A stretch of DNA of 55,089 nt from a virus. Lineage: Duplodnaviria; Caudoviricetes. Location of the stretch: positions 1 through 55,089 of the IMG/VR virus record IMGVR_UViG_3300009078_000004. One strand, given 5' to 3'. This document shows, in pieces, positions 27,434-37,095 of this stretch. The position numbers and the translations under genes were made by a program. The notes under the pieces are model-generated. The model searched no databases, was not told the DNA's origin, and saw only the letters and a list, made by a program, of their open reading frames with translations. Each line of letters opens with the position of its first letter. Position 1 is the first letter of the stretch.

Positions 27434-28006
27434 ATGCCATCCGTCGCCTACGTCGACAACCGGCGTGCCATCCGATACGACGGCACGAACAGTGCCGAAA
27501 TCGACGCCACCATCCCGAGCTTCACGATCGTTTCCGAGATCGGCGGTGTTCTCACGTTCACATCCACCGGTGGGTGGGTTGCGAACACCGGGCAGTGGAT
27601 CCTGTACACGCAGGGTGTCGTCAACAATGTCTTCGACGACGTCGACTTTCACACGTTCTACATCGAGAACGCGCTATTCGCCGACCTTGACGCGCTCACG
27701 ACTGGAGTCGCGGATCTGGAGACGGCGCTCGCTGCGCTCGGTGGTGCTGCGCTGCGTTCGGCTGGTGTCGCATCGGCCCCGACACTGCTGCTCAACACGC
27801 CGGCGAATGTCGCCGTACAACTGGTGCCAGCGATGCCTGACAGTTCGTACACGCCTTCGGCGTACCTGTTCGGTACGGGTATCAACCTCGGCCAGGTCAC
27901 CATCAACAGTGTGACGGTCACGGACGCGGATACGGTGACGGTGCAGGTTCAGACGTCGCTGCTGTCACTGCCCGGGGTGCATGTTCTGGTGGTGGCGAAG
28001 GACTAG
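27434..28006 (+). CDS. Virion structural protein
   Basis: AGGGAG RBS; beta-rich domains joined by a short coiled coil. Confidence 0.75.
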   Translation: MPSVAYVDNRRAIRYDGTNSAEIDATIPSFTIVSEIGGVLTFTSTGGWVANTGQWILYTQGVVNNVFDDVDFHTFYIENALFADLDALTTGVADLETALAALGGAALRSAGVASAPTLLLNTPANVAVQLVPAMPDSSYTPSAYLFGTGINLGQVTINSVTVTDADTVTVQVQTSLLSLPGVHVLVVAKD

Positions 28007-28362
28007 GGCGTGATGATGCCTGTACACGGGTCGTAGTCGATCGGCACCAGGTCTGCGAACTCGACGACAGCGAGGCTGAACGGGATGCGCATGTACTGCG
28101 TGGAACGCCAAGTCTCGGTGTCGATGTACACCTGGTAGATCCAGTTCAGCGGCGTGATGTCCGGGTTGTCTGTCGCCGGCAGTACGATCGTGAACTCGCC
28201 GAGCAGGTCGAGGGTAGCGACGAAGTCAGCCGGGGGGTAGACGACGTTGTCGACGGTGTCCCGTAGTTCGATGAGGGTCCGGAACGTGACGGTGCCTACC
28301 GCGGGGGTAAGCCCGTCGAGGTTCAACAGCTCGCCGTGCACAGTCACAGTCGTCAGCGCCAC
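28003..28362 (-). CDS. Tail-fibre N-terminal-like beta-sandwich protein on the opposite strand
   Basis: G.VTF..ATLD..G.F...LPATD.PD..P..W.Y.V motif; GAAGGGGG RBS. Confidence 0.7.
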   Translation of the reverse strand: MALTTVTVHGELLNLDGLTPAVGTVTFRTLIELRDTVDNVVYPPADFVATLDLLGEFTIVLPATDNPDITPLNWIYQVYIDTETWRSTQYMRIPFSLAVVEFADLVPIDYDPCTGIITP

Positions 28363-28437
28363 GGTGGGCCCCCTTCTCGATGCTGCTCATCGTAACGCCC
28401 ATGCTGGGGCGGTAGCCTGTGTGTGGAGGTGGGGTTG

Positions 28438-29250
28438 ATGGCGGCACCATGCGCGTGGGAGATCACAACCGGGTGTTGTGACTGTTGGGACACATTCGAT
28501 CCGGGCTTGCAGGCGAACGCCATCGCGTGGGCCACCGAGATACTTTTTTCGTTGTCGGGCCGGCAGTACGGGGTGTGTCCCGTAACAGTAAGGCCGTGCC
28601 AGCGGTTCGTGGGGCAGACGTACCGCACCTACGGGGTGTGGACCGACTCCAGCTTCGCCGCGGGGGTGGGCCCGAACTGGATCCCGTACATCGGTGTCGA
28701 CGGGGCGTGGCGTAACTGCGGCTGCGCTGGCATGTGCCGGTGCGCTCCGACGTCCGAGGTGTGGCTACCCGGCCCGGTCAACGGCGTGTCCGAGGTGCGG
28801 ATCAACAACGTGATCGTGCCGGCCGAAAACTACCGCGTCGATGTCGCGAACGACGGACACTTCTGGCTGGTCGCAGAAAACGGCGTCGTGTGGCCGGAGT
28901 GCCAGTCATTCGACGAGCCTGCCGCGGGTACGGACAACACGTTCACGGTCACGTACGGGCGTGGGCGTGAGGTTCCTGCTGCGGGCAAGCTTGCCGCTGG
29001 GGCGTTGGCGTGTGAGTACGCGAAGCTGTGCCGTGGTGACGACTGTGTCCTTTCCCCGCAGGCGACGTCGATCACGCGTGATGGGGTGACGTACACGATC
29101 GTGTCGCAGGATGATGTGATCTCGCGTGGTCAGACTGGGCTGGCGTCTGCTGACCTGTGGCTGCGTTCGGTCAACCCTAACCAGTTGATGCAGCGCCCGC
29201 GGGTGTGGTCGCCGGACATGGGCACGCCGCGTATGACTGTGGTGCCGTGA
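28438..29250 (+). CDS. Head-to-tail adaptor
   Basis: A..IL..LSGRQYG.CPVTVRPC, LACEYAK, SITRDGV, D.WL.SVNP. Confidence 0.8.
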   Translation: MAAPCAWEITTGCCDCWDTFDPGLQANAIAWATEILFSLSGRQYGVCPVTVRPCQRFVGQTYRTYGVWTDSSFAAGVGPNWIPYIGVDGAWRNCGCAGMCRCAPTSEVWLPGPVNGVSEVRINNVIVPAENYRVDVANDGHFWLVAENGVVWPECQSFDEPAAGTDNTFTVTYGRGREVPAAGKLAAGALACEYAKLCRGDDCVLSPQATSITRDGVTYTIVSQDDVISRGQTGLASADLWLRSVNPNQLMQRPRVWSPDMGTPRMTVVP

Positions 29251-29777
29251 TGGCTGTTGTTGACACGCTGTTCCAGCCGTATGCGCAGCGGCTGTTGGAC
29301 TGCTGGTGTGCGCAGCTCGCGTTGACGACACCTGCGCCGGACAAGTGCGAGTTCCGGTGGGATGACGACATTCCGACGCCGCGGATGGCGAACGGCGTGG
29401 ACGAGTGCAAGTGCGGGTTCGGGTGGGTGCGGTTCGTGACGTGGTATCCGACGACGGAGGAAACGTTCCCGGACGCGGACCCGGAGCCGCAGGTGTGCCC
29501 GCGGCTGTGGGCTTTGGTGCTGGAGATGGGTATCGGGCGGTGTCCGCCGGATGGTGATGCTCAGTCGCTGCCCACGTCGGCGCAGATGCTCGCCTTTCAG
29601 GAGTTGATGATGGGCGACGGTAAGGCGATGCGCAACGCCGTCAACTGCTGCTTCCTCACGATTGACCCGTTGGAGCGCGTGTCGTTGTCGCGTCCGTTGC
29701 GGGTCGGGCCGGCGGGTAAGTGTTTGCAGCAGTACATGGAAGTCACGGTCATGGTGCCCGCGTGTGAGGAGTGCTGA
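29250..29777 (+). CDS. Neck / tail terminator-like protein
   Basis: Cys-rich; GWVR, LEMGIGRC, GP.G.C; synteny. Confidence 0.65.
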   Translation: MAVVDTLFQPYAQRLLDCWCAQLALTTPAPDKCEFRWDDDIPTPRMANGVDECKCGFGWVRFVTWYPTTEETFPDADPEPQVCPRLWALVLEMGIGRCPPDGDAQSLPTSAQMLAFQELMMGDGKAMRNAVNCCFLTIDPLERVSLSRPLRVGPAGKCLQQYMEVTVMVPACEEC

Positions 29778-29778
29778 C

Positions 29779-30084
29779 ATGGCAAAGGTGCGGATCGTCG
29801 GCGAGTTGGTGCAGGTGCGGATGCTGCGGTCGGTGGACGGCTACGGCCGGCGCGGCACCCTGGTTGAGGTCGGGCTGGATGTCGCGGCGGGGTTGATGGA
29901 AAACCGGCTCGCCGAATACCTCGGCGTGACATCGTTCGTGGTCGAGGGGGTTTTTGGTGGCGCGGTCGAGGGTGCGGCTGAACCGGGCGGCGGTAAGGGC
30001 GACGGCGCTCGACGCCGCAAGGCGGGAAGTCGCCGAAGCGACCCGGTTGACGCAGAACCGGGCGAAGGTGTTGACGCCGGTTGA
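29779..30084 (+). CDS. Small protein overlapping the next gene
   Basis: GAGGAG RBS; overlaps 29957-30373 by 128 nt. Confidence 0.55.
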   Translation: MAKVRIVGELVQVRMLRSVDGYGRRGTLVEVGLDVAAGLMENRLAEYLGVTSFVVEGVFGGAVEGAAEPGGGKGDGARRRKAGSRRSDPVDAEPGEGVDAG

Positions 30085-30373
30085 CACGGGTCTGCTGCGC
30101 TCGCACAACTTCATCCGGGTGCGTTCGATGTCGGGGCGTGTCGTGGGTGAGGTGTACAACAACACCGCGTATGCGATCCCGGTGCATGACGGCTGGCGGC
30201 GTACGCGTCCGATCCGTCCGGTGAACAAGAAGGCGCTCAGGTTCAAGGTGGGCGGTTCGACGGTGATTGTGGCGGCGGTGAACACGCCTGCGTCGTATCC
30301 GGGGCGTCCGTGGTTGCGGCGGGCGTTGTACGAGGTGTGCGGCCCGCGAGGGTATCGTCTCACCGGCCGCTGA
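29957..30373 (+). CDS. HK97 gp10-like tail completion protein
   Basis: AKVLTPVDTGLLRS, YA..VHDG, PWLRRAL. Confidence 0.85.
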   Translation: MARSRVRLNRAAVRATALDAARREVAEATRLTQNRAKVLTPVDTGLLRSHNFIRVRSMSGRVVGEVYNNTAYAIPVHDGWRRTRPIRPVNKKALRFKVGGSTVIVAAVNTPASYPGRPWLRRALYEVCGPRGYRLTGR

Positions 30374-30398
30374 TGTGTGCGGGCGGTACACTCAAACC

Positions 30399-30845
30399 AT
30401 GACCGACATCTCAACCCCCGCACCCCTCACCATCCACTTCCACGGACGCGACATCCCCGTCAAAGACCCCACCACCGAACAGTGGGGACTCATCGTCGAA
30501 TCGTCGGAGTGGTGGCGGAAGAACCAGCGCGGCCTAGCCACCGTCGCCGACCGGTTGAAGCACGAAGACGGCGGAACGGCAGCCACCCCCGACGAGGAAG
30601 CCGCACAGAACCTCGCCCGCGCCGGCTACCGGCGTATCGCACGCCTACAGACCCTCGTCGGTGCGCTGTGCGCAGACCCCGACGACTGGGACTGGATCCA
30701 AGACGGCATGGCGGACCGGACGATCCCGTGGGAGGACATCGCCGAGCTGCCGGGTGTGATCGGTGCCGCGTACCGTGCCGGGGACGAGCCGAACAACCGC
30801 GCCGAGCGCCGTGCAGCTAAGGGCCGCGGTTCGCGGGTGAAGTAG
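30399..30845 (+). CDS. Tail assembly chaperone, probably leaderless
   Basis: C-terminal NRAERRA; TACACT-6nt-ATG; upstream of TMP. Confidence 0.65.
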   Translation: MTDISTPAPLTIHFHGRDIPVKDPTTEQWGLIVESSEWWRKNQRGLATVADRLKHEDGGTAATPDEEAAQNLARAGYRRIARLQTLVGALCADPDDWDWIQDGMADRTIPWEDIAELPGVIGAAYRAGDEPNNRAERRAAKGRGSRVK

Positions 30846-31417
30846 TGGACGCGCTCGCGGCGCTCCGTACGTGGGCGTACGAGACCACATTCCCGGACGT
30901 CCGCAACCCGCGTGGCGGGGCACTGGTCGTGTTCCGTATCGAACCTATGCCGGCGTCGGACTGGATCACCGCCACCCTGGACATGGGTCACCTGTCGTAC
31001 CTTCCTGGCCTGTTGGAGGGCGAGCAGCGGGAGGTGCTGCTCGATGCGATCGAGGACGGCCTGGTCACGGGGGCGCAGTTGGCGGAGGAGAATCAGGCGG
31101 CGTTGGAGCACGTGTCGGGTTGGGCGTGGTGGTCTGCGTCGAAGCTGATCGGCACGCTCGGTAAGACGTGGGAGACGACTGGGGCGCTGTTGACCCTGTC
31201 GGGTGTTGATCCGACGCGGGTTTCTTTGGGCGCGTTCCTGTCTGCGTTGTATGCGCTGATCTGGAAGGACGCGTCGAAGGAGGACCGGCTCAAGTTGGCG
31301 GCTGAGGTTGCGGCGATGCCGCCGGAGTTGGTGTCGCAGGATGGTGTGTGGGATGAGGATGCGGCTACGGATGCGGTGTGGGCTGTGTTGAAGGCGCAGG
31401 GCCACAACGTCGGCTGA
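30845..31417 (+). CDS. Second tail assembly chaperone-like protein
   Basis: SGWAWW.A.KL, GVDP; synteny. Confidence 0.65.
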   Translation: MDALAALRTWAYETTFPDVRNPRGGALVVFRIEPMPASDWITATLDMGHLSYLPGLLEGEQREVLLDAIEDGLVTGAQLAEENQAALEHVSGWAWWSASKLIGTLGKTWETTGALLTLSGVDPTRVSLGAFLSALYALIWKDASKEDRLKLAAEVAAMPPELVSQDGVWDEDAATDAVWAVLKAQGHNVG

Positions 31418-31437
31418 CGCTGGGCCCTGCGGGTGGT

Positions 31438-31536
31438 TCAGCGGATGGGGATGATGGTGTTGTGTTGGGCTGCGGCGGCAAGGCCGATGGCGACTGCTGC
31501 GCAGACGAGTAGGAACAGCAGAGTGCTAGCGCGCAT
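31438..31536 (-). CDS. 32-aa hydrophobic peptide
   Basis: MRASTLLFLLVCAAVAIGLAAAAQ; GAGGGG RBS. Confidence 0.5.
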   Translation of the reverse strand: MRASTLLFLLVCAAVAIGLAAAAQHNTIIPIR

Positions 31537-31537
31537 G

Positions 31538-31774
31538 TCAGTTCCCCTCGGCGTCGGCTTCGCCGGACAGGTGCGCCGCGTTGGTGAGCGCGACCAGGTG
31601 GTCCATGTCCATCTCGATGCGGTGCGTCTTGGCGCTGGCAGCGTGGGCTGTCGTTAGATGGTGCTTGGCGTCCTCCACGATCTCGGGCATGGTCCACGCG
31701 TCGCCGGTGTCCTTGCACTCGCTGCACAGCGACCAGAACTTGGTGCGCCCGCCGGTGATGTTTATCCTCGCCAT
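31538..31774 (-). CDS. Small C2H2-like protein
   Basis: CSEC...HH...H; AAGGA RBS. Confidence 0.65.
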   Translation of the reverse strand: MARINITGGRTKFWSLCSECKDTGDAWTMPEIVEDAKHHLTTAHAASAKTHRIEMDMDHLVALTNAAHLSGEADAEGN

Positions 31775-31831
31775 GATCGTTTCCTTCCGTGAGGTGTGGG
31801 GCCCGGCGGTCACCGGGCCCCGTGCGGTGCG

Positions 31832-32029
31832 TCAGAGGTAACTGGCGTGCAGGGGCTTCGGGGTGGTGTGTGCGGTGATGGGAACGACGGCATAGGAGGC
31901 ACCGAAGTTTCGTTCGTTGTTGACGATGTTGGCGCGTGCGCGGTCGGCGTCGCTGATGGTGTTGAAGGTGCCGTAGTGGCTGACCAGAACGTTGCCGTAG
32001 TGGTTGATGGTGCTCTGGATCGTGAACAT
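31832..32029 (-). CDS. Hypothetical protein
   Basis: GGGGAG RBS directly downstream of a CACAC promoter. Confidence 0.6.
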   Translation of the reverse strand: MFTIQSTINHYGNVLVSHYGTFNTISDADRARANIVNNERNFGASYAVVPITAHTTPKPLHASYL

Positions 32030-32045
32030 CCGACGCTCCCCTGTC

Positions 32046-32069
32046 TGTGTGTACTAACAGCATACACAC
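32046..32069 (-). promoter_or_regulatory. Early-type promoter GTG-TATGCT-N-CACAC
   Basis: Reverse complement gtgtgtatgctgttagtacacaca. Confidence 0.7.
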
Positions 32070-32126
32070 GGTTCACGGTTTCCGCAACCACCGGTAGTGT
32101 GTCAACCTACGCGGTAGCCTCACCCC

Positions 32127-33899
32127 ATGCCCCCCCGCCGCCAAGGCGCAGCCTTCGTCGAGATCATCGCTGACACCGACGGTTTCGAACGCAAACTCCA
32201 GAAGTCGCTCGACGACAGCGTCAAAGAGGCATCCAAGTCGAAGAACTTCACACCCCTGGTTGACGCGCTCGGCGACGCCGGTGACGAAGCCGGGGACAGG
32301 TTCGGCGACCGGTTTGAGAAGCGGACACGCCGCAGAGTGGGCGGCGGAGGGTTCGCTAACATCCTCCGGGCACCGTTCAAGGCAGCGTTTTCCGCACTGT
32401 CCCAGGTCGCCGGCAAGGCGTTCGTTGCGGGGTTTGAGCAGTTCACAAAGTCAGCAGACCTAGGCGGTTCGCTGCTGACCAACCTCGGTAAGGGAATATC
32501 GGGGGCGTTCGCGTCGCTGGCGTCGTCGGGGCCGGTCGGTTTGGCGGTGCTCGCCGGCGGCCTGCTGATCAGTCTCGGTGCGTTCATCGCGATTGCGCCT
32601 CTTGCCGTGTCTGCGATCTTCGCTATCGGCGGGGCGCTGTTCTCGCTGCTCGGCGTGCTGAACGCCGCCCCTGCCGCGTTTGCGATCGCCGCGGCGGCGA
32701 TCGTGCCGTTGGTGTTGGCGTTCGGCGGGTTCGGGGATGCGCTGGCCGCTATCGGCAGCGGCGACCTGGAGAAGACGAACGAGGCGCTTAAGAAGCTGTC
32801 TCCGTCGGCGCGGTCCGTGGCGCGCGAGTTCCAGAAGTTGCAGCCGTTCCTGAAGTCGCTTCAGCAGAACGTGCAGGAGGCGTTCTTCTCGCGGCTGACG
32901 GGGTCGCTGACGGCGTTGCAGAAGGCGTTGGGTCCGGCGGTGTCGGGCGGGTTGCAGAATGTCGCGTTCGCTCTGGGCGGGTTTGTTGACCAGTTGTTCA
33001 AGTTGGCGTCGAAGCCGGAGACGGCGAACCTGCTGTCGAAGCTGTTCGCCACCACAGCGAAGATCATCAACGATGCGGGTCCGGGTGTCCTCAGGTTCCT
33101 GTCCGCGATCGGGAAGGCGATCGAAGCCGCCCTGCCGTCGCTGGAGAAGCTCGGCGGGAAGCTCGGCGATGCGTTCGCGGAGTTCGGCGACTTCATCATC
33201 GAGAAGGTCAACGACGGCAGCTTCCAGGAGTTCCTCGACTCGGCGTTCACGACGCTGGGGAAGATCGGCGTGATCGTCCTGGAAGTGCTGGGCTTGTTCA
33301 AGGACATGTTCGCGACGACGGACGAGTCTGGGCAGACGTTCTTGGATGATGTGGCTGAGGCTGTGCGGAAGTTGCGGGAGTTCTTCCAGTCGCCGGAGGG
33401 TAAAGAGTTCATCGAAAACATGATCATCCTGGCGGAGGACTTCGGCGACATCCTGATCTTCATCACGGGTATCGCCGCGGGGCTGATCCGCACGTTCGCC
33501 GGCGCTATCTCGATCATCAAGGGTGTTGCGGACGCGCTCGACATCCTGTTCGGTAAGACGCAGAAGTTCGGCAGTGTCAGCGGTATCGGTAGCGCGGTGA
33601 GCCGGGCCGCACGTGCGGCACTGCCGCACTTCGCGAACGGCGGTATCACGTCGGGTCCGTCGATCGCAGGCGAGGCCGGGCCGGAGGCGGTCATTCCGTT
33701 GAACAATCCGGTGCGGGCTGCGCAGGTGGCCGAACAGGCGGGCCTGGCTGGACTGATAGGCGGCGCTGGCAATACGGTGTTGTATGTGACGATCGACGGG
33801 CAGCAGCTACAGGGCCGTATCGACCGGACGGTTCGGGCTGGTAACGCAGGCTTGGCACGGCAGTTGTCGAATGGTCCGCGCGGATTGGCGGTGGCGTAG
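32127..33899 (+). CDS. Tape measure protein (590 aa), probably leaderless
   Basis: AFVEIIADT.GF, LKKLSPSAR, amphipathic repeats, FANGGI..AGEAGPEAVIPL; TAGCCT-6nt-ATG. Confidence 0.88.
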   Translation: MPPRRQGAAFVEIIADTDGFERKLQKSLDDSVKEASKSKNFTPLVDALGDAGDEAGDRFGDRFEKRTRRRVGGGGFANILRAPFKAAFSALSQVAGKAFVAGFEQFTKSADLGGSLLTNLGKGISGAFASLASSGPVGLAVLAGGLLISLGAFIAIAPLAVSAIFAIGGALFSLLGVLNAAPAAFAIAAAAIVPLVLAFGGFGDALAAIGSGDLEKTNEALKKLSPSARSVAREFQKLQPFLKSLQQNVQEAFFSRLTGSLTALQKALGPAVSGGLQNVAFALGGFVDQLFKLASKPETANLLSKLFATTAKIINDAGPGVLRFLSAIGKAIEAALPSLEKLGGKLGDAFAEFGDFIIEKVNDGSFQEFLDSAFTTLGKIGVIVLEVLGLFKDMFATTDESGQTFLDDVAEAVRKLREFFQSPEGKEFIENMIILAEDFGDILIFITGIAAGLIRTFAGAISIIKGVADALDILFGKTQKFGSVSGIGSAVSRAARAALPHFANGGITSGPSIAGEAGPEAVIPLNNPVRAAQVAEQAGLAGLIGGAGNTVLYVTIDGQQLQGRIDRTVRAGNAGLARQLSNGPRGLAVA

Positions 33900-35353
33900 T
33901 GCCTACGATCTCGGCGACCGTCTACCCGGTCGAGGCGTATGTGCTGGTGCAGGCGGACTGGACTGATCAGCCGACTGTCGAGTACGCCCGTGTGGTGCGG
34001 GTGAACACGGTGACGGGTGAAGAGGTGCTGTTGCGCCCGTACATCGCGTACAACGGCTCCGGTGACCTGTTGCTGAACTGCGGTCTGGGTTTGTGGTGGG
34101 ACACTGAGCCGCCACTGGATGTGCCGCTCGTGTACCGCACGGAGGCAGCGAACGTCGCGACGATCCTGAACGCGAACTCCTCGTTTGAGACCGGTGTGGC
34201 ACCGTGGACGATCTCGGGCGGAACGCTGGTGCAGTCGGCGCTGAACCCGCACGAGGGCGCTTTCTCGGGGCTTGTGACCCCTACCGGCGGCACGAACGTC
34301 CTGGTTCAGCAGCTAGTATTGGGCACGGTCACCCCGGGTCTTGACGTAACGGCATCGATATGGGTGATGTCTCCGCAGGGTTGGAACTCGGTACGTCTCG
34401 GGTTCGTGTGGCTCAACGGGTTGTCGACGATTTTCGTGAACCCTTTTCCGCTGGTGTTCGAGGTTGTCGACGACAACGAATACCGGTTCATCACCGTGAC
34501 TGCTACTCCGCCACCTGGCGCAGACGGTGTGCAGCTGCGGTTGGACCTGACTGGGCTTCCGCCGAACACGACCCTGTTCTACCTGGACGAGTTCCAGGTG
34601 ACGCAGGAGTTGCCGTTGGGGATCACTGCCGAGACTGCGCCAGTGACGGTTACGGGTGATGACCGGTTCTTCCTGAAGGATCCGCTGAACCCGTGCCATG
34701 ACCTCGAACTGGCGTTGTGTATCTCCAACCCGCGTAACTGCGAGCCGGTCGAACCCGGCGTGATGGTGCAGGCGTATGGGCCGGTCGAGTCGTACCAGCC
34801 GAACACAGTCCTGTTGGAACCGGTCAACCGGCGGCATCCGATCCCCGTCAACCGGGTCCGCCGTGATGCGGCTTCGCTGCTCACGTTGATGACCCGGACA
34901 TGCGACGACAGGGATGCGGTCCTTCTGCTGAACGAGCCGGGTGGGGCTTTGTTCTTCCAGGCACCTGCCGTGTACTGCATCACCGACAGGTACATCACCG
35001 TTGGCGCAGTGTCCGTTGAGCGGCTGGTGCCCGATCACCGGATCCAGGTCAGGCGTATCACGCTGCCGCACACGCTCGTAGACAGGCCGGAAGGCCCCGC
35101 GAACGGGGTGTGCGGGGCCAGGTTCATGGACCTGTGCGACATCTACCTGTCGTGGGGGTCGATCACCATCGCCGGCCTGGACTACTGGGATCTGCTGCTC
35201 GGCCTTGCGTCGCCTTCCGGCCCGGGTCAGCCGCCACTGTCGGGGCTGCGCCACTGGAACACACCCCCGCCTGCTGTCCTGACGGACTTTGCAGACTGGA
35301 ACGATGTTGACGACGGGGTCCGTACGTGGACCGGCGTCCTGACGGGGCTGTGA
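33899..35353 (+). CDS. Minor tail (Dit-like) protein with carbohydrate-binding insert
   Basis: D.EPPLDVP..Y, NSSFETGVAPW..FYLDE (CBM4/9-like), FLKDPLNP. Confidence 0.75.
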   Translation: MPTISATVYPVEAYVLVQADWTDQPTVEYARVVRVNTVTGEEVLLRPYIAYNGSGDLLLNCGLGLWWDTEPPLDVPLVYRTEAANVATILNANSSFETGVAPWTISGGTLVQSALNPHEGAFSGLVTPTGGTNVLVQQLVLGTVTPGLDVTASIWVMSPQGWNSVRLGFVWLNGLSTIFVNPFPLVFEVVDDNEYRFITVTATPPPGADGVQLRLDLTGLPPNTTLFYLDEFQVTQELPLGITAETAPVTVTGDDRFFLKDPLNPCHDLELALCISNPRNCEPVEPGVMVQAYGPVESYQPNTVLLEPVNRRHPIPVNRVRRDAASLLTLMTRTCDDRDAVLLLNEPGGALFFQAPAVYCITDRYITVGAVSVERLVPDHRIQVRRITLPHTLVDRPEGPANGVCGARFMDLCDIYLSWGSITIAGLDYWDLLLGLASPSGPGQPPLSGLRHWNTPPPAVLTDFADWNDVDDGVRTWTGVLTGL

Positions 35354-35356
35354 CTT

Positions 35357-36529
35357 ATGCTGCCCGGTGGTGACGACGAACTGTACCGGCGCGTGTTGGG
35401 CACGCCGCACGAGCACTATGCCCGGATCGAGGTGTGGTCTGGGCTCGGTGTGCAGCTGGAAGTGTTGGAGCGGCAGGTTCCGCTGCCGGATGACGGGCCG
35501 CGTACCGCGGCAGGTTTGGTGTTCCTGCCGGGTACGCAGGTGTCGGCGAGCCTCGGTCAGCAGGTGGCGCGGACGTTGAACCTGACCGTTCCGTCGTACC
35601 TGTACCCAGTGCTGCCCTCTGACCTGCTCGCCCCGTTCGGGAATGAGATCCGCGCGTTCTACGGTGTCCGTCTTGGTGACGGCGACCTGACCTACGTGTG
35701 GCAGGTGTTCCGCGGGAAGATCCAGGACGTTTCGATGGAAGCGGGCGCGGGCGTCTGCTCGGTCGTGTGCGAGGACCGCGGCCGGGACGTCCTCGACGTC
35801 GGGTTCGTCAGGCCGGAGAACTCCAACGCCGGCGATCAGGTGATCGTCGAGTTTCAGCGGCTCATCAACGGCGCGGTCACCGATGCGACGTTCGGGACGT
35901 CGGACGTGCCCGCGACGCTGGTCAGGCCGTTGACGTGGCAGCAGGACCGCGGCGGGGCCCTGGACGAGCTGGCGCAGGCTGTGGGCGCGTTGTGGTATGC
36001 GCTCGCGAACGGCGACTTCGTCATGCGTACCTATCCGTGGGCGCGCGCGCAGGACCCGGTGGTGACACTGACCGATGCTGACGGCGGGTCGGTGCAAGGC
36101 TGGCAGGTGTCCCGTTCCAGGTCGCGTATCTACAACACGGTCACGGTGTCGGGTGAGCGGCTGAACGGCGACATGCCCGTGTTCGCTACCGCGCAGGACA
36201 CGAACCCGGTGTCGCCTACGTACGTCGGTGGCGGGTTCGGGATCCGCTCGTACCTGTCACGGTTGCAGACCCCGTCGACGCAGGGCGGCGCGGCCGGTGT
36301 CGCACAGCAGCTGCTCCGTACGGCGATCTCGCCGACAGAGTTGTGGAACCTGGACGTCACCCCCGATGCTGCTCTGGAGCTGGGGGATCCGGTGCGGCTG
36401 CTGATCGACGGACGGGATGTGGTGCAGGTCGTTGCCGGGTTCACGCTGCCGCTGGACTTGTCAGGGAACATGTCGGTTGCGGTGCGTTCGATGGTTGTCG
36501 GTACCGTTGACGAGGGGGGTGGGCTGTGA
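35357..36529 (+). CDS. Minor tail / baseplate hub protein (DUF5047-like)
   Basis: LAPFGNE, GDFV, YN.V.V.GE, ALELGD. Confidence 0.75.
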   Translation: MLPGGDDELYRRVLGTPHEHYARIEVWSGLGVQLEVLERQVPLPDDGPRTAAGLVFLPGTQVSASLGQQVARTLNLTVPSYLYPVLPSDLLAPFGNEIRAFYGVRLGDGDLTYVWQVFRGKIQDVSMEAGAGVCSVVCEDRGRDVLDVGFVRPENSNAGDQVIVEFQRLINGAVTDATFGTSDVPATLVRPLTWQQDRGGALDELAQAVGALWYALANGDFVMRTYPWARAQDPVVTLTDADGGSVQGWQVSRSRSRIYNTVTVSGERLNGDMPVFATAQDTNPVSPTYVGGGFGIRSYLSRLQTPSTQGGAAGVAQQLLRTAISPTELWNLDVTPDAALELGDPVRLLIDGRDVVQVVAGFTLPLDLSGNMSVAVRSMVVGTVDEGGGL

Positions 36530-37095
36530 CGTCGTTTACGCCGGTGTACGGGCTGGAGTATCCGAACGCATTGGATGCGCCGTGCGACTTCCCGGAGGAC
36601 TGGTGCACGTTCGTCGCTGACGTCGACGCGGTGTTGGACCGGTTCGAGCTGGGGGCGTCACGGGTTCTGCCGGCTATCCCGGTCGCGCTTATCCAGGTGA
36701 CGACACCGGTGTTGGTGCCGGAGTCGGAGGCTGTTCCGTTCGATTCGGTTAGCCTCGACACGGCGGGATGGACGAACTTCGATACCAACAACAGGATCAT
36801 TACCGTTACGCGTACAGGCCGGTACACGGTGTGTGCCACAGCGAACGTTGCCACGCAAGGCGTCGTTAACTCGACGTGGTCACTTCAGGTCAGCGGCGGA
36901 ACGTTCCAGTTCGTTGAAGCGCTGGACCGCAATACCTTCGATGTCGGCATCACTGCACAGTCCACGGGCACCATCACGGACGGAACGCAGGTGTCTATGT
37001 TCATGATCGCCGGCACGTCTATTCCAGCCGGATATACGGTGCAGCGTGCCTCCCTTGCCGTCTACTGGCATGCGGATACGGAGCGGGCGTCATGA
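36526..37095 (+). CDS. Minor tail protein with C1q-like head
   Basis: TPVYGLEYP; VPFD...DT.G..RII...TG.Y.V. Confidence 0.7.
   Translation: MTSFTPVYGLEYPNALDAPCDFPEDWCTFVADVDAVLDRFELGASRVLPAIPVALIQVTTPVLVPESEAVPFDSVSLDTAGWTNFDTNNRIITVTRTGRYTVCATANVATQGVVNSTWSLQVSGGTFQFVEALDRNTFDVGITAQSTGTITDGTQVSMFMIAGTSIPAGYTVQRASLAVYWHADTERAS

Noticed and set aside
30780-30860. Programmed -1 frameshift joining the tail chaperones
   Set aside because: No XXXYYYZ heptamer near the stop; the genes are joined by a TAGTG overlap
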